Of a stretch of DNA of 32,000 nt, positions 1 to 8,407 are shown one piece after another. This DNA comes from Candidatus Syntropharchaeum caldarium. GTDB lineage: Archaea; Halobacteriota; Syntropharchaeia; Syntropharchaeales; Syntropharchaeaceae. Position 1 is the stretch's first letter. Each line of letters starts with the position of its first letter. The notes beneath the pieces are model-generated. The model searched no databases. It was not told the origin of the DNA and worked only from the letters and a program-made list of their open reading frames with translations. The stretch is from assembly GCA_001766815.1 (NCBI GenBank), contig LYOS01000004.1, forward strand, positions 133,610 to 165,609. Direction: 5' to 3'. The translations under genes were made by a program, and so were the position numbers.

Positions 1-2
1 GT

Positions 3-176
3 GAAGAAATGGTTGTACAAAAATTGGTTGAGAAAATATCTATTCTTATAGAAGATGCAAAATTAAGAGAAAGAATGGGTAAATACGGAAAAAAAGAAAT
101 TCAAGAAGGCAAGTTTTCAATTAATAATAGAAATAAAAAATTACGAGATATATATGAAATATCTAAAAGAAGGTGA
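3..176 (+). CDS. glycosyltransferase (GT-B/GT4-like), C-terminal fragment; 5' end lies beyond the window
   Basis: Frame 3 is open from the window edge and reads EEMVVQKLVEKISILIEDAKLRERMGKYGKKEIQEGKFSINNRNKKLRDIYEISKRR*. This resembles the usual C-terminal helical tail of GT4 enzymes (L..D..LR..MG..G). The AGGTGA at 171-176 contains the stop codon and also serves as a Shine-Dalgarno (SD) site for the ATG at 183. Confidence 0.5.
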   Translation, partial: EEMVVQKLVEKISILIEDAKLRERMGKYGKKEIQEGKFSINNRNKKLRDIYEISKRR

Positions 177-182
177 TAGCTA

Positions 183-1244
183 ATGAAAGTATGTTACTTC
201 GGAAATTATGAGCAAACGTATACACGTAACCGGATTATAATAAAAGGTCTCAAGAAAAATGGCGTAGATGTGGTCGAATGTAATGATAGGTCACAAATTT
301 TCTTTAGATATTTGAAACTTATTAAGAAGCATTTATCAATTGCAGATTATGATGTAATGATTGTGGGAGAGTCTGGACAGCCCATAATGCCGCTGGGAAA
401 GATATTATCAAAAATGAGAAAAAAACATTTGATCTTTGACCCTTTTATATCTTTATACGATACATCAGTATTTGATAAAAAATCAGTAAAAGAGGGCTCT
501 ATTAAAGCTTCTATACTATATTATTTAGATAGGTATTCTTGTTATCTCGCAGATATAGTTCTCACGGATACAGATCAACATGCAAAATATTTTAATGAAG
601 AATTTGGCGTGCCTATCACTAAAATGAGGACAGTATATATAGGGGCAGACTCGGATATATTTTACCCACGAGATTCTGAAAAAGAAGATGACACTTTCAA
701 AGTCGTCTTTCACGGATCTTTTCTCCCACTCCATGGAATCTCATACATTATTAAGGCAGCAAAGCTTTTAGAAAATGAACATAGTATTCAATTTGAAATA
801 ATCGGAAAAGGACAGACATACGATGTTGATTTAGCTTTATCTAAAAAATTGGATGTTAAAAATATTATATTTAAGAATTGGATGCCCTTCAAAGTATTAC
901 CAAAACATATAGCCAAAGCAGATGTTTATTTAGGCATTTTTGGAGATACAAATAAGGCTAAAAGAGTGATACCAAACAAAGCATACGAAGTAATCGCAAT
1001 GAAAAAACCACTAATCACTGGAGATTCACCAGCAATTAGAGAGGCGTTTACAAACCGAGAAAATGTGTTATTATGTGAAATGGCAAACCCAGAATCATTA
1101 GCCAACGCAATACTTGAATTGAAAGATAATGAGAAATTAAGAGAAAATATAGCCAAAAACGGTTATAAATTATATAAAGAACGATTTAGCCCAGAGAAAA
1201 TTGGAAAAGAAATGATAAAGATTATTGAATATGTTATTTGCTAA
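183..1244 (+). CDS. glycosyltransferase, GT-B fold (GT4-like)
   Basis: 353-aa ORF with the C-terminal Rossmann-half pattern of retaining GT-B transferases (FHGSF..HG, then NKAYEVIAMKKPLITGDSPAIREAF). It has an SD immediately upstream. The sequence is very AT-rich. Confidence 0.75.
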   Translation: MKVCYFGNYEQTYTRNRIIIKGLKKNGVDVVECNDRSQIFFRYLKLIKKHLSIADYDVMIVGESGQPIMPLGKILSKMRKKHLIFDPFISLYDTSVFDKKSVKEGSIKASILYYLDRYSCYLADIVLTDTDQHAKYFNEEFGVPITKMRTVYIGADSDIFYPRDSEKEDDTFKVVFHGSFLPLHGISYIIKAAKLLENEHSIQFEIIGKGQTYDVDLALSKKLDVKNIIFKNWMPFKVLPKHIAKADVYLGIFGDTNKAKRVIPNKAYEVIAMKKPLITGDSPAIREAFTNRENVLLCEMANPESLANAILELKDNEKLRENIAKNGYKLYKERFSPEKIGKEMIKIIEYVIC

Positions 1245-1309
1245 GCTATATAGTGTTTTGATTTCGGTTAATCCATAAATGGTCGTTTGCTCAGTGTGTG
1301 GAAATAGAT

Positions 1310-2608
1310 TTAATTTGCATTGCCACTCCCCACTTTTTTATAAATTTGGATATTCTTTACCTCGATTGGGTTGAAAAAGTTTACACAGTCAATTAAAACT
1401 ATTTTTTCGGTTAAATAGGTAAGAATTTTTTCTTTATTATAATAGCTGTGAGCGGTTCCGATTATCACACAATCACTATCATGGACACTTTCAATTGGTT
1501 CGGATTTCAAAACTTTATCCTTGATGGCAACTGTGTTAACATATTGATCGTTATATCTCACAACAGCACCAAGTTCAATAAGTGACTTGGCAACTTCAAC
1601 CATCGGCGAATTTCGTGTATCATCCACATCCTTCTTATACGCCATCCCCAATATGAATATTTTAGAGCCCTTAACGCTCTTCCCCACATCGTTAAGACCT
1701 CTAATGACCAGATTGATAACATGATTCGGCATGCTCTGGTTGATTTCACCCGCTAATTCAATGAATTTCGTGGTTAACCCCACTTCTTTTGCCTTCCACG
1801 ATAGATAAAATGGGTCTATGGGAATGCAATGCCCGCCAACACCAGCACCGGGATAAAAAGGCATAAATCCGAAGGGTTTAGTGGATGCCGCCTCGATCAC
1901 CTCCCAGGTATCAATCCCCATTCTCCCGAATATAAGCCCAAGTTCGTTCACCAGTGCTATATTGACAGCGCGAAAAACATTTTCCACTATCTTCGTCGCC
2001 TCTGCTACTTTCAGCGATGATACCTTCACCGGTTTGGTTATCTGTGCATATAGCTGTGCTGAAATATCAGTACACTCCCCTGTTACACCACTGACGATCT
2101 TTGGTGTATTCTTAATGGTGTATTTCTTATTTCCTGGGTCAATGCGTTCGGGTGAATATGCAACACCGAAATCAAAACCAGCCTTCAGACCACTTCGCTC
2201 TAATATTGGAATCAAAACCTCCTCTGTCGTTCCTGGATATGTCGTGCTTTCTAAAATAACGAACATACCTTTCCGTAAGTGTCTTGAAATGCCCTCAGCC
2301 GCGGAAATAATATATTTGAGGTCTGGTTCTTTTGTTTTCGTTATTGGTGTTGGAACACAGATAATTATAAAATTCACATTCTTGTATGCAATGTCAGGAT
2401 CGGCGGTTACTTTAAAATTCTCACTTAATGCACCTGCCCTTATTTCGTTCTTCAGCACCTCCACTTTCTCTCTGGATGTATCGAATCCTATGACATTAAA
2501 ACCTCTTTTTGCAAACTCTGTTGCTAATGGAAGCCCTACGTAGCCGAGACCCACGATGCATATCTTAGCGGTTTTATCCTCTATTTTCGATCTCAATGAT
2601 TTCATCAT
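1310..2608 (-). CDS. nucleotide-sugar dehydrogenase (UDP-glucose/GDP-mannose dehydrogenase family, UDP-N-acetylhexosamine dehydrogenase-like)
   Basis: N-terminal NAD Rossmann motif KICIVGLGYVGLPLA, catalytic-cysteine motif GGHCIPIDP, and a C-terminal UDP-binding domain (ILGMAYKKDVDDTRNSP). Confidence 0.9.
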   Translation of the reverse strand: MMKSLRSKIEDKTAKICIVGLGYVGLPLATEFAKRGFNVIGFDTSREKVEVLKNEIRAGALSENFKVTADPDIAYKNVNFIIICVPTPITKTKEPDLKYIISAAEGISRHLRKGMFVILESTTYPGTTEEVLIPILERSGLKAGFDFGVAYSPERIDPGNKKYTIKNTPKIVSGVTGECTDISAQLYAQITKPVKVSSLKVAEATKIVENVFRAVNIALVNELGLIFGRMGIDTWEVIEAASTKPFGFMPFYPGAGVGGHCIPIDPFYLSWKAKEVGLTTKFIELAGEINQSMPNHVINLVIRGLNDVGKSVKGSKIFILGMAYKKDVDDTRNSPMVEVAKSLIELGAVVRYNDQYVNTVAIKDKVLKSEPIESVHDSDCVIIGTAHSYYNKEKILTYLTEKIVLIDCVNFFNPIEVKNIQIYKKVGSGNAN

Positions 2609-3852
2609 GACAATGATAACCTCTCATATACTTCAAGATGTTTCTTTGCTATGATAGATGGCGAGTATCTCTTCTTAACCAATTCTTTGCCTCTTTTCCC
2701 CATTTCTCTCGCAACATCAGGATTCCCCAAAAGATATTTCACAGCATCAGCTATTTGTTTTGGATTTTTGGGTTCTACTAATATCCCCGTTTCCTCATGC
2801 TCGACAATTTCAGGAATTCCACCCACGTTTGATGCTATCACTGGCTTTCCCGCAGCCATCGCTTCAGCAGCCACCCTCCCAAATGTCTCAGGCACGACAG
2901 AAGGAAAAACAACTATATCAGTTGAGTTGTAGTAATCAAGCATTTTTTCTGCCTGTATAAACCCCTCAAAAATTATGTTTTGGTTAACTTCCAAATTCTT
3001 TGAAAGTTCTGCAAATTCTTTGTATCTTTCGCCATCGCCAATGATCCTTAGTATGCAGTCTGGAAATTCTTTTAAAATTCCCGGCATAGCTTTAATTACG
3101 TATTCACATCCCTTGAACTTTCCGAGAGCGCCAACAAACAAGATATTACTGTGTAATTTTTCAACCACTTTTTTATTTTCATATTTATCTACCTCAACAA
3201 TATTTGGAATGACGTATAAGATTTTGTTGTTAATGTTAAATATCTTCTCTACATAACTTTTGACGTTTTGAGATATGCACACAACTGCCCCTACACTTCG
3301 CACGGCTATTCTCCTTTCACGCATTTGTATTGGGGCATACAATGGTCCAAGTATTTTTTCATAAATATTTGGTGTTGGTGAATGCATGTAGCAATTTACG
3401 GTGTTTAAAAAGCTACACTCACCATTGCACACTTCATTATATGATTTTAACATGTATCCAGTTGGGCATGTTAGCCACTGGCTACTTATGGTTATTACTG
3501 AGGGTATTCTATATCTTTTTGCTGAGAGCACCGCACCTGGAATAGAATCCATGTTCATAGCATGCACCGCATTTATATCTTCATCTGCCAGAAACTTAGA
3601 CACTGCTTTATACGAATTCCAATAAAAAATCTCATTTCTGCTGAGATAATTCAATATGCCTGTCAGATCAACGTTTTTGATAATTGGATGCAGAGTAAAC
3701 TTGGAATCCTCTAATTGGTATATATTAGTGGATGTTATTACATGTACGTCCACTCCAATTTCTGTAAGTGCTTGTGCGAGATTATATGCACTTATCTCTC
3801 CACCGCCCCGTATATTAGGTGGGAAGTATCTGGATACGATAGCTATTTTCAT
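2605..3852 (-). CDS. glycosyltransferase family 4
   Basis: N-terminus MKIAIVSRYFPPNIRGGGEISAYNLAQAL and C-terminal EX7E region FPSVVPETFGRVAAEAMAAGKPVIASNVGGIPEIV. Overlaps the downstream dehydrogenase start by 4 nt (ATGA). Confidence 0.85.
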   Translation of the reverse strand: MKIAIVSRYFPPNIRGGGEISAYNLAQALTEIGVDVHVITSTNIYQLEDSKFTLHPIIKNVDLTGILNYLSRNEIFYWNSYKAVSKFLADEDINAVHAMNMDSIPGAVLSAKRYRIPSVITISSQWLTCPTGYMLKSYNEVCNGECSFLNTVNCYMHSPTPNIYEKILGPLYAPIQMRERRIAVRSVGAVVCISQNVKSYVEKIFNINNKILYVIPNIVEVDKYENKKVVEKLHSNILFVGALGKFKGCEYVIKAMPGILKEFPDCILRIIGDGERYKEFAELSKNLEVNQNIIFEGFIQAEKMLDYYNSTDIVVFPSVVPETFGRVAAEAMAAGKPVIASNVGGIPEIVEHEETGILVEPKNPKQIADAVKYLLGNPDVAREMGKRGKELVKKRYSPSIIAKKHLEVYERLSLS

Positions 3853-3862
3853 TTATGCTCCA

Positions 3863-4711
3863 TCAGGAATCTGTTACTTTTCTTGCACATGAGAGATCTG
3901 TCTCTGAAACCTGGGTGCCGCACGCCATCGCCTCAAGTATCGGAAGCCCGAAGCCCTCATACTCAGATGTATGCAGATAAACATCTGCTGCGTTATACAG
4001 CATAGGCATCTCCTCTTCTGGAACCCAACCCATGCTTACAACACCCTCACCCTCAAGTGACTCACCATATCCCGCCTTTATCATTTCCACACCCCCCCTT
4101 ACCGTTCTAACAGTATTAAATACTTTCCCTACAAGATCCATCCGTTTGTGCTCCAGACTGGATGATACAACAAGTATGTGTTTCTTACGAGGATCTAAAC
4201 CAAAGTACTCTTTACATCTAACTCTATCCATTGGCTTATATTTATCGTGATCAACACCCTGATGAACAACACTGATCTTCTCTTCTTCGAATCCCAGAAG
4301 CCTCATGAGCTCATTCTTCGTGAACTCAGAGATTGCTATTATTCTATCTGCTTTTTTGAGTGCTCCTGATGTTAGCATGAACTGGATTCTCAACGAAGTA
4401 TCGCTTATCTCGGAAGGGTAAACAAGAGGTGCTAAGTCGTGCACGGTTACGATGAATCTTCGTGGTTTATGAAAATAAACAGCAGGCGCTACGGTCTGTG
4501 ATGTTGCATGGACAAGATCGGCATCTTTAGAGTTGTAGAAGAGCCAGGAGAAGACGGTGCTTCCGAGAATCTTTCCTTCTTTTCGCCTTATTCTTTCTAT
4601 ATCCCACTCATGCTTCAGCCCTTTCATATGGCGAAAAAGCTCATCCTCATACTTTCGCAGTGCATACATTGGATGGCTTTTCTTGGAGATGTTCCAGTGG
4701 ATGATTTTCAT
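3863..4711 (-). CDS. glycosyltransferase family 4, apparently truncated at the C-terminus (possible pseudogene or remnant)
   Basis: The GT4 core is present up to HTSEYEGFGLPILEAMACGT. It is then followed by only 16 unrelated residues (QVSETDLSCARKVTDS) and a stop. The usual ~70-90 aa that follow EAMA.G.PV in GT4 enzymes are missing. The break coincides with a base-composition step near 3900. Confidence 0.6.
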   Translation of the reverse strand: MKIIHWNISKKSHPMYALRKYEDELFRHMKGLKHEWDIERIRRKEGKILGSTVFSWLFYNSKDADLVHATSQTVAPAVYFHKPRRFIVTVHDLAPLVYPSEISDTSLRIQFMLTSGALKKADRIIAISEFTKNELMRLLGFEEEKISVVHQGVDHDKYKPMDRVRCKEYFGLDPRKKHILVVSSSLEHKRMDLVGKVFNTVRTVRGGVEMIKAGYGESLEGEGVVSMGWVPEEEMPMLYNAADVYLHTSEYEGFGLPILEAMACGTQVSETDLSCARKVTDS

Positions 4712-4713
4712 AT

Positions 4714-5793
4714 TTAAGCTTCAACCTCCCTGTACAGGCTTAAAGTTTCCCTAACTATGTTATCCCATGAATATTTTTCAGCCCTTCTTCTCATTTCTGC
4801 TCCGATCGTTCTGTAATCTGAATTTAGAATCTCGATGATCCTCGAAGCCAGTTCATCTTTATCCCCTGCTTTCACCAGAAACTCCTCTGGCAGGTGTCCG
4901 ACTCCTGAAAAGATGTCTGTTGCAATACAGGGTTTCGATGACGCCATTGCCTCTAAAATCGTGATCCCGAAACCCTCGTCCGCGATACTTGGCTGGCAGT
5001 AGATGTCACATGTAGCAAAGAGCTGGATTTTTCTCTCTTCTGAAGGGTTCTGCAGGATCTGGACGTTTTTCATCCCTCCAGTTCTGTCCACAAGTTCAGT
5101 TATATATGATTTATCCTCTGCATAACCTGCAATCACAAGGTGTGCATCCTCAATACGCTCGTTCACAATCTTAAAAGCATCAATCAGGTACTCATATCCC
5201 TTATTCCTTGCAAACCTTCCAAACGATAGAATCACTTTACCATCACCAGGCGGCGCTGAGGTGATATATTTTTCAGGATCGATTCCAGCTGGTATAACCC
5301 TGATCTTCTCTTCATCTATCTTAAAACCCCTGAGTATCTCTTTTTTTGACCTCTCGCTGACTGTTATAACCTTCCTGGAACTTCTCATCGCCTTATCGAG
5401 GAGGAAAAATCTGATCTTATTTAGAAGACCCTTCCTTCCCAGAAACCCCACATCATGCACCGTCACGATCGCAGTTTTCACAAATAAACCCGAGAACTCG
5501 CCCCAGTATCCATTTATGTGAACCACATCATAATCCCCAAGTCTTGCCTTAAGCCCGGCGATGATACTGAAGAGAAAGGATCTGATGGCAAAGTGGATTC
5601 CTGGTAGATGAATGACCTCTGCCTCCTCATAATCCACATCATCATAGGTCAGGATCGTGACTTTATTTTCCTCCCTGATTCGTTTGAAGATCTCATACAT
5701 GTATAGCTCTGCTCCACCGATTGTTGCAGGATAAAATTGTTTTGAGATCAGACAGATCTTCGTTTTACCCTCTCCTCTGGTCAATGTAACCAT
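4714..5793 (-). CDS. glycosyltransferase family 4
   Basis: N-terminus ICLISKQFYPATIGGAELYMYEI and EX7E region CQPSIADEGFGITILEAMASSKPCIATD. The stop lies 2 nt from the next start. Confidence 0.85.
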   Translation of the reverse strand: MVTLTRGEGKTKICLISKQFYPATIGGAELYMYEIFKRIREENKVTILTYDDVDYEEAEVIHLPGIHFAIRSFLFSIIAGLKARLGDYDVVHINGYWGEFSGLFVKTAIVTVHDVGFLGRKGLLNKIRFFLLDKAMRSSRKVITVSERSKKEILRGFKIDEEKIRVIPAGIDPEKYITSAPPGDGKVILSFGRFARNKGYEYLIDAFKIVNERIEDAHLVIAGYAEDKSYITELVDRTGGMKNVQILQNPSEERKIQLFATCDIYCQPSIADEGFGITILEAMASSKPCIATDIFSGVGHLPEEFLVKAGDKDELASRIIEILNSDYRTIGAEMRRRAEKYSWDNIVRETLSLYREVEA

Positions 5794-6661
5794 ACAGATA
5801 CCCGAGACCCACGCTCGCCGTACATACCAGTATGAAACCCAATTCTCCCACCTTACCTCTTTTCAGCTTAGAAGGCACGCTCTTGAATAGAAGTTGCTTT
5901 AAATAACCCCTTTCTTCTTCAATTAAATATCCCATTCCCCTCATCATCTGTTTTGAGTAGCCCTGCCAGAAAGCTCTTCTCAATAAAAATCGCATCCTCA
6001 ATCGCTCAGGGAAGATCTTGTGATAGACGATCGCATCCGGGTTGTAGATAACGCCTTTCCCGAACTTATCCTGCATCCGTTCACAAAATTCAGTCTCCTC
6101 GCCCTGGAGTTGCCCACCTCCTCGCAGTCCCATCTCGCTCCTAAACCCACCCATACTCTTTATTACATCAGATCTGAAGCTGATATTCGATCCAAATGTG
6201 TTTCTAACCTCGCACACCTCTTCAGGAAAGCCCCTGTGTGTTGCCCCGATGAGCCAGTAGTACTCCTCTGGTAGAAAGATTGGTTTCTTTTTCAGCCATA
6301 AAGGAAGTAGTTTTCCACCTGCTGCGATCGCATCATGCTCTTCATACATTTTAACAAGTTCCCCAAGCCACTCAGGATCTGCGATCGCATCATCATCGAA
6401 GAAGGCAATAATCTCTCCTTCCGCCACCTTTATTCCACGATTTCTACTCTCAGAAAGCCCTAAATTTACCTCATTCAATATGATTTTATCGATCTCGACC
6501 CCACTATTTAGAACCCGATCATAAAGCTCCCTGTTACCATCAACAACGACTATCACCTCGAAATTACTGTACGTCTGGCGGCGCAAACTCTCTATCGCCT
6601 CGATGAGATCCTTGTAACGCTGGTGTACACATATTATAATCGTAACAGGCGTATCCTGCAT
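5765..6661 (-). CDS. glycosyltransferase family 2 with C-terminal membrane segment
   Basis: GT-A signature VTIIICVHQRYKDLIEAIESLRRQTYSNFEVIVVVDGN and DxD motif AFFDDDAIADPEW. Hydrophobic C-terminus (ELGFILVCTASVGLGYLYGYI). Confidence 0.85.
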   Translation of the reverse strand: MQDTPVTIIICVHQRYKDLIEAIESLRRQTYSNFEVIVVVDGNRELYDRVLNSGVEIDKIILNEVNLGLSESRNRGIKVAEGEIIAFFDDDAIADPEWLGELVKMYEEHDAIAAGGKLLPLWLKKKPIFLPEEYYWLIGATHRGFPEEVCEVRNTFGSNISFRSDVIKSMGGFRSEMGLRGGGQLQGEETEFCERMQDKFGKGVIYNPDAIVYHKIFPERLRMRFLLRRAFWQGYSKQMMRGMGYLIEEERGYLKQLLFKSVPSKLKRGKVGELGFILVCTASVGLGYLYGYIDQRRG

Positions 6662-6664
6662 AAT

Positions 6665-7897
6665 TTACTCAACAAACGCAGATACAATCAGCGCACCTCC
6701 GACCGCTCCCGCAAACTGTGGATATGGCGGTATAATAATATCAAACCCGAGTATATCCTCGAATGCAACTTTAAGCCCCTCGATGAGTGCCGTGCCCCCC
6801 ACTTCAATGATCGGTTCTCTGAGATCGACCTCCTGGAGCTGCTGTTCATGAACCTGCTCTGCCACGCTCCTGCATGCAGCTGCTGCAACATCCTCCTTCG
6901 ACGCACCCTCACCAAGCGCAGATACAAGCGACTGGATGCCAAATATCGAGCAATAGCTATCCATCACGATCTTACTTGCATCACCTTTGAGTGCGAGATC
7001 ACCAAGCTCTGAGATATCGACACCGAGACGTCTTGCTGTTATCTCAAGGAATCGCCCTGATGCACCGGCACAGACACCACCCATCGTGAAGTCATCAGGA
7101 ATTGCATTGTTCAGTGTGAGAGCCTTGTTGTCCATCCCCCCAATATCAAGCACCGTTGCCTCGCCCCGCTGTCTGTCTGCGAGAAATGCGGCGCCTTTGG
7201 AGTTCACGGTAAGTTCTTCCTGCACAAGATCCGCACCAATCTCATCCCCCACAACATGTCTGCCATAGCCTGTTACAGCCACGGCCCCAATCTCAGACAT
7301 CTTCATCCCAGCATCTTCCAGTGCGAGGTCTATAGCTTTTTTTGCACTCCCCACCACTTCGGTCGTTGGAAGCCAGCCCGTGCCTATAACCTCATTTTCT
7401 TTCATTATCACGCACTTTGTCGTTGAAGAACCGCTGTCAACGCCCATCGTTATCCCTTCCTGTTTTGTTCGCATTAGGAGGGTCTTTCGCGTAACCAGCG
7501 TCTTTAACGCCTCAAGTCTGATCATAAGCCCGCCTTCTTTCACATGATCAACGGTAGAGTAGGTGATGACAGGCAGATCTGTCTCACGCTGGAGAAATTT
7601 CCGTATTTCGTTCTTTACGATCGAGCCTTCTGCACACTTGAAGCACGTCAGAAGTAGCACTCCATCCACCACACTGATATCATCAAGAACTGAGAGAGCA
7701 CGCGCGATCATGAGGTTCAATCCTGGACTTTTTGCCCTGTATCCAAACTCTCGCACGGCTTCTGCCACATTATCGAGTTCAACCTCGGGATAGACAAGCT
7801 TGATGCCTGATCGTTCGGCGACCTCATTGAGCTTACCCTGAACCCCGCTGTACTCCGTACCACACGAAATCTGGGCTATCCTTGTTTCATTTGCCAT
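6665..7897 (-). CDS. methanogenesis marker protein 15-like (N-terminal archaeal domain plus BadF/BadG/BcrA/BcrD-type ATPase domain)
   Basis: The C-terminal half has acetate/sugar-kinase-fold ATPase motifs (GVDSGSSTTKCVIM, LDIGGMDNKA, GGTAL). The N-terminus IAQISCGTEYSGVQ and the ~410-aa length match my recollection of the marker-15 family. The family name was assigned from memory, not by a search. Confidence 0.65.
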   Translation of the reverse strand: MANETRIAQISCGTEYSGVQGKLNEVAERSGIKLVYPEVELDNVAEAVREFGYRAKSPGLNLMIARALSVLDDISVVDGVLLLTCFKCAEGSIVKNEIRKFLQRETDLPVITYSTVDHVKEGGLMIRLEALKTLVTRKTLLMRTKQEGITMGVDSGSSTTKCVIMKENEVIGTGWLPTTEVVGSAKKAIDLALEDAGMKMSEIGAVAVTGYGRHVVGDEIGADLVQEELTVNSKGAAFLADRQRGEATVLDIGGMDNKALTLNNAIPDDFTMGGVCAGASGRFLEITARRLGVDISELGDLALKGDASKIVMDSYCSIFGIQSLVSALGEGASKEDVAAAACRSVAEQVHEQQLQEVDLREPIIEVGGTALIEGLKVAFEDILGFDIIIPPYPQFAGAVGGALIVSAFVE

Positions 7898-7909
7898 CTT
7901 ATACCACCT

Positions 7910-8350
7910 CTATGATTCCAGCGATCTCAGAAAATCAGTGACATTCTGAACCAGTATCTTTGCCGCATCCTCATCATAAGGATACGGAACAATGAGCGTT
8001 GGAACGCCTTTTGATCGTATCATATACTCGATGTAGTCGTTTGCAGCCGCGCAGGCCATACAACCAAAGCTTGGATCGGCATCTTCCACGATGATCGCAG
8101 CTTCTGCCTCGTCAACGAGCGGTATCATCAGCCCAACGCGCCCACGGACACCGGAGGGTTCCTCCACCGAGAGGTACTTCAGTGCACGTTTGAGGTCCTC
8201 TTCGACAATGTTAATCGGTGGAGAGTCAAGTTCTGGATCTCTAACCTTCTTTGCAATCTGTTTCATCAGTACAACCGCTTCATGCCCCATTCGTTCAACA
8301 AGATCTGCGAGAATTAAGCTATTTGGAGGATAGATTAGCACTTTCATCAT
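7910..8350 (-). CDS. methanogenesis marker protein 5-like small protein
   Basis: 146 aa. MKVLIYPPNSLILADLVER...DSPPINI...PSGVRGRVGLMIPLVDEAEAAIIVEDA..FGCMACA resembles my recollection of the marker-5 family. It sits directly upstream of the marker-15-like gene. The assignment is tentative. Confidence 0.5.
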   Translation of the reverse strand: MMKVLIYPPNSLILADLVERMGHEAVVLMKQIAKKVRDPELDSPPINIVEEDLKRALKYLSVEEPSGVRGRVGLMIPLVDEAEAAIIVEDADPSFGCMACAAANDYIEYMIRSKGVPTLIVPYPYDEDAAKILVQNVTDFLRSLES

Positions 8351-8371
8351 CTGATGAGTTGACTTCAGGGA

Positions 8372-8387
8372 TATATAAATTTATACA
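8372..8387. promoter_or_regulatory. back-to-back TATA boxes serving the divergent marker-5-like gene and hisA
   Basis: TATATAAATTTATACA reads TTTATATA on the minus strand (8372-8379) and TTTATACA on the plus strand (8380-8387). Each box is centred about 26-28 nt from its start codon (8350 and 8408). This predicts two leaderless or near-leaderless mRNAs. Confidence 0.45.
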
Positions 8388-8407
8388 TCCTGATCCTCAT
8401 ATCTCTG

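Noticed and set aside
1881-2543. 220-aa plus-strand ORF inside the nucleotide-sugar dehydrogenase region
   Set aside because: It lies antisense to a gene with unambiguous Rossmann and catalytic-Cys motifs. Its translation is low-complexity (Ser/Thr/Phe/Ile-rich) with no recognisable motif and no SD. This is a typical shadow ORF.
1-3900. Calling the AT-rich left block a mobile element or genomic island
   Set aside because: The composition shift and the truncated gene are real observations. However, no integrase, transposase, flanking direct repeats or tRNA attachment site is visible in the window. It is therefore reported only as a composition and recombination finding, not as a mobile_element feature.
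8352-8407. Possible box C/D sRNA (TGATGA at 8353, CTGA at 8390 and 8404)
   Set aside because: There is no D' box about 12 nt after box C and no C' box, and the spacing does not fit the C-12-D'/C'-12-D layout. The region is better explained as the divergent TATA promoter. The terminal CTGATG is simply the hisA start context.
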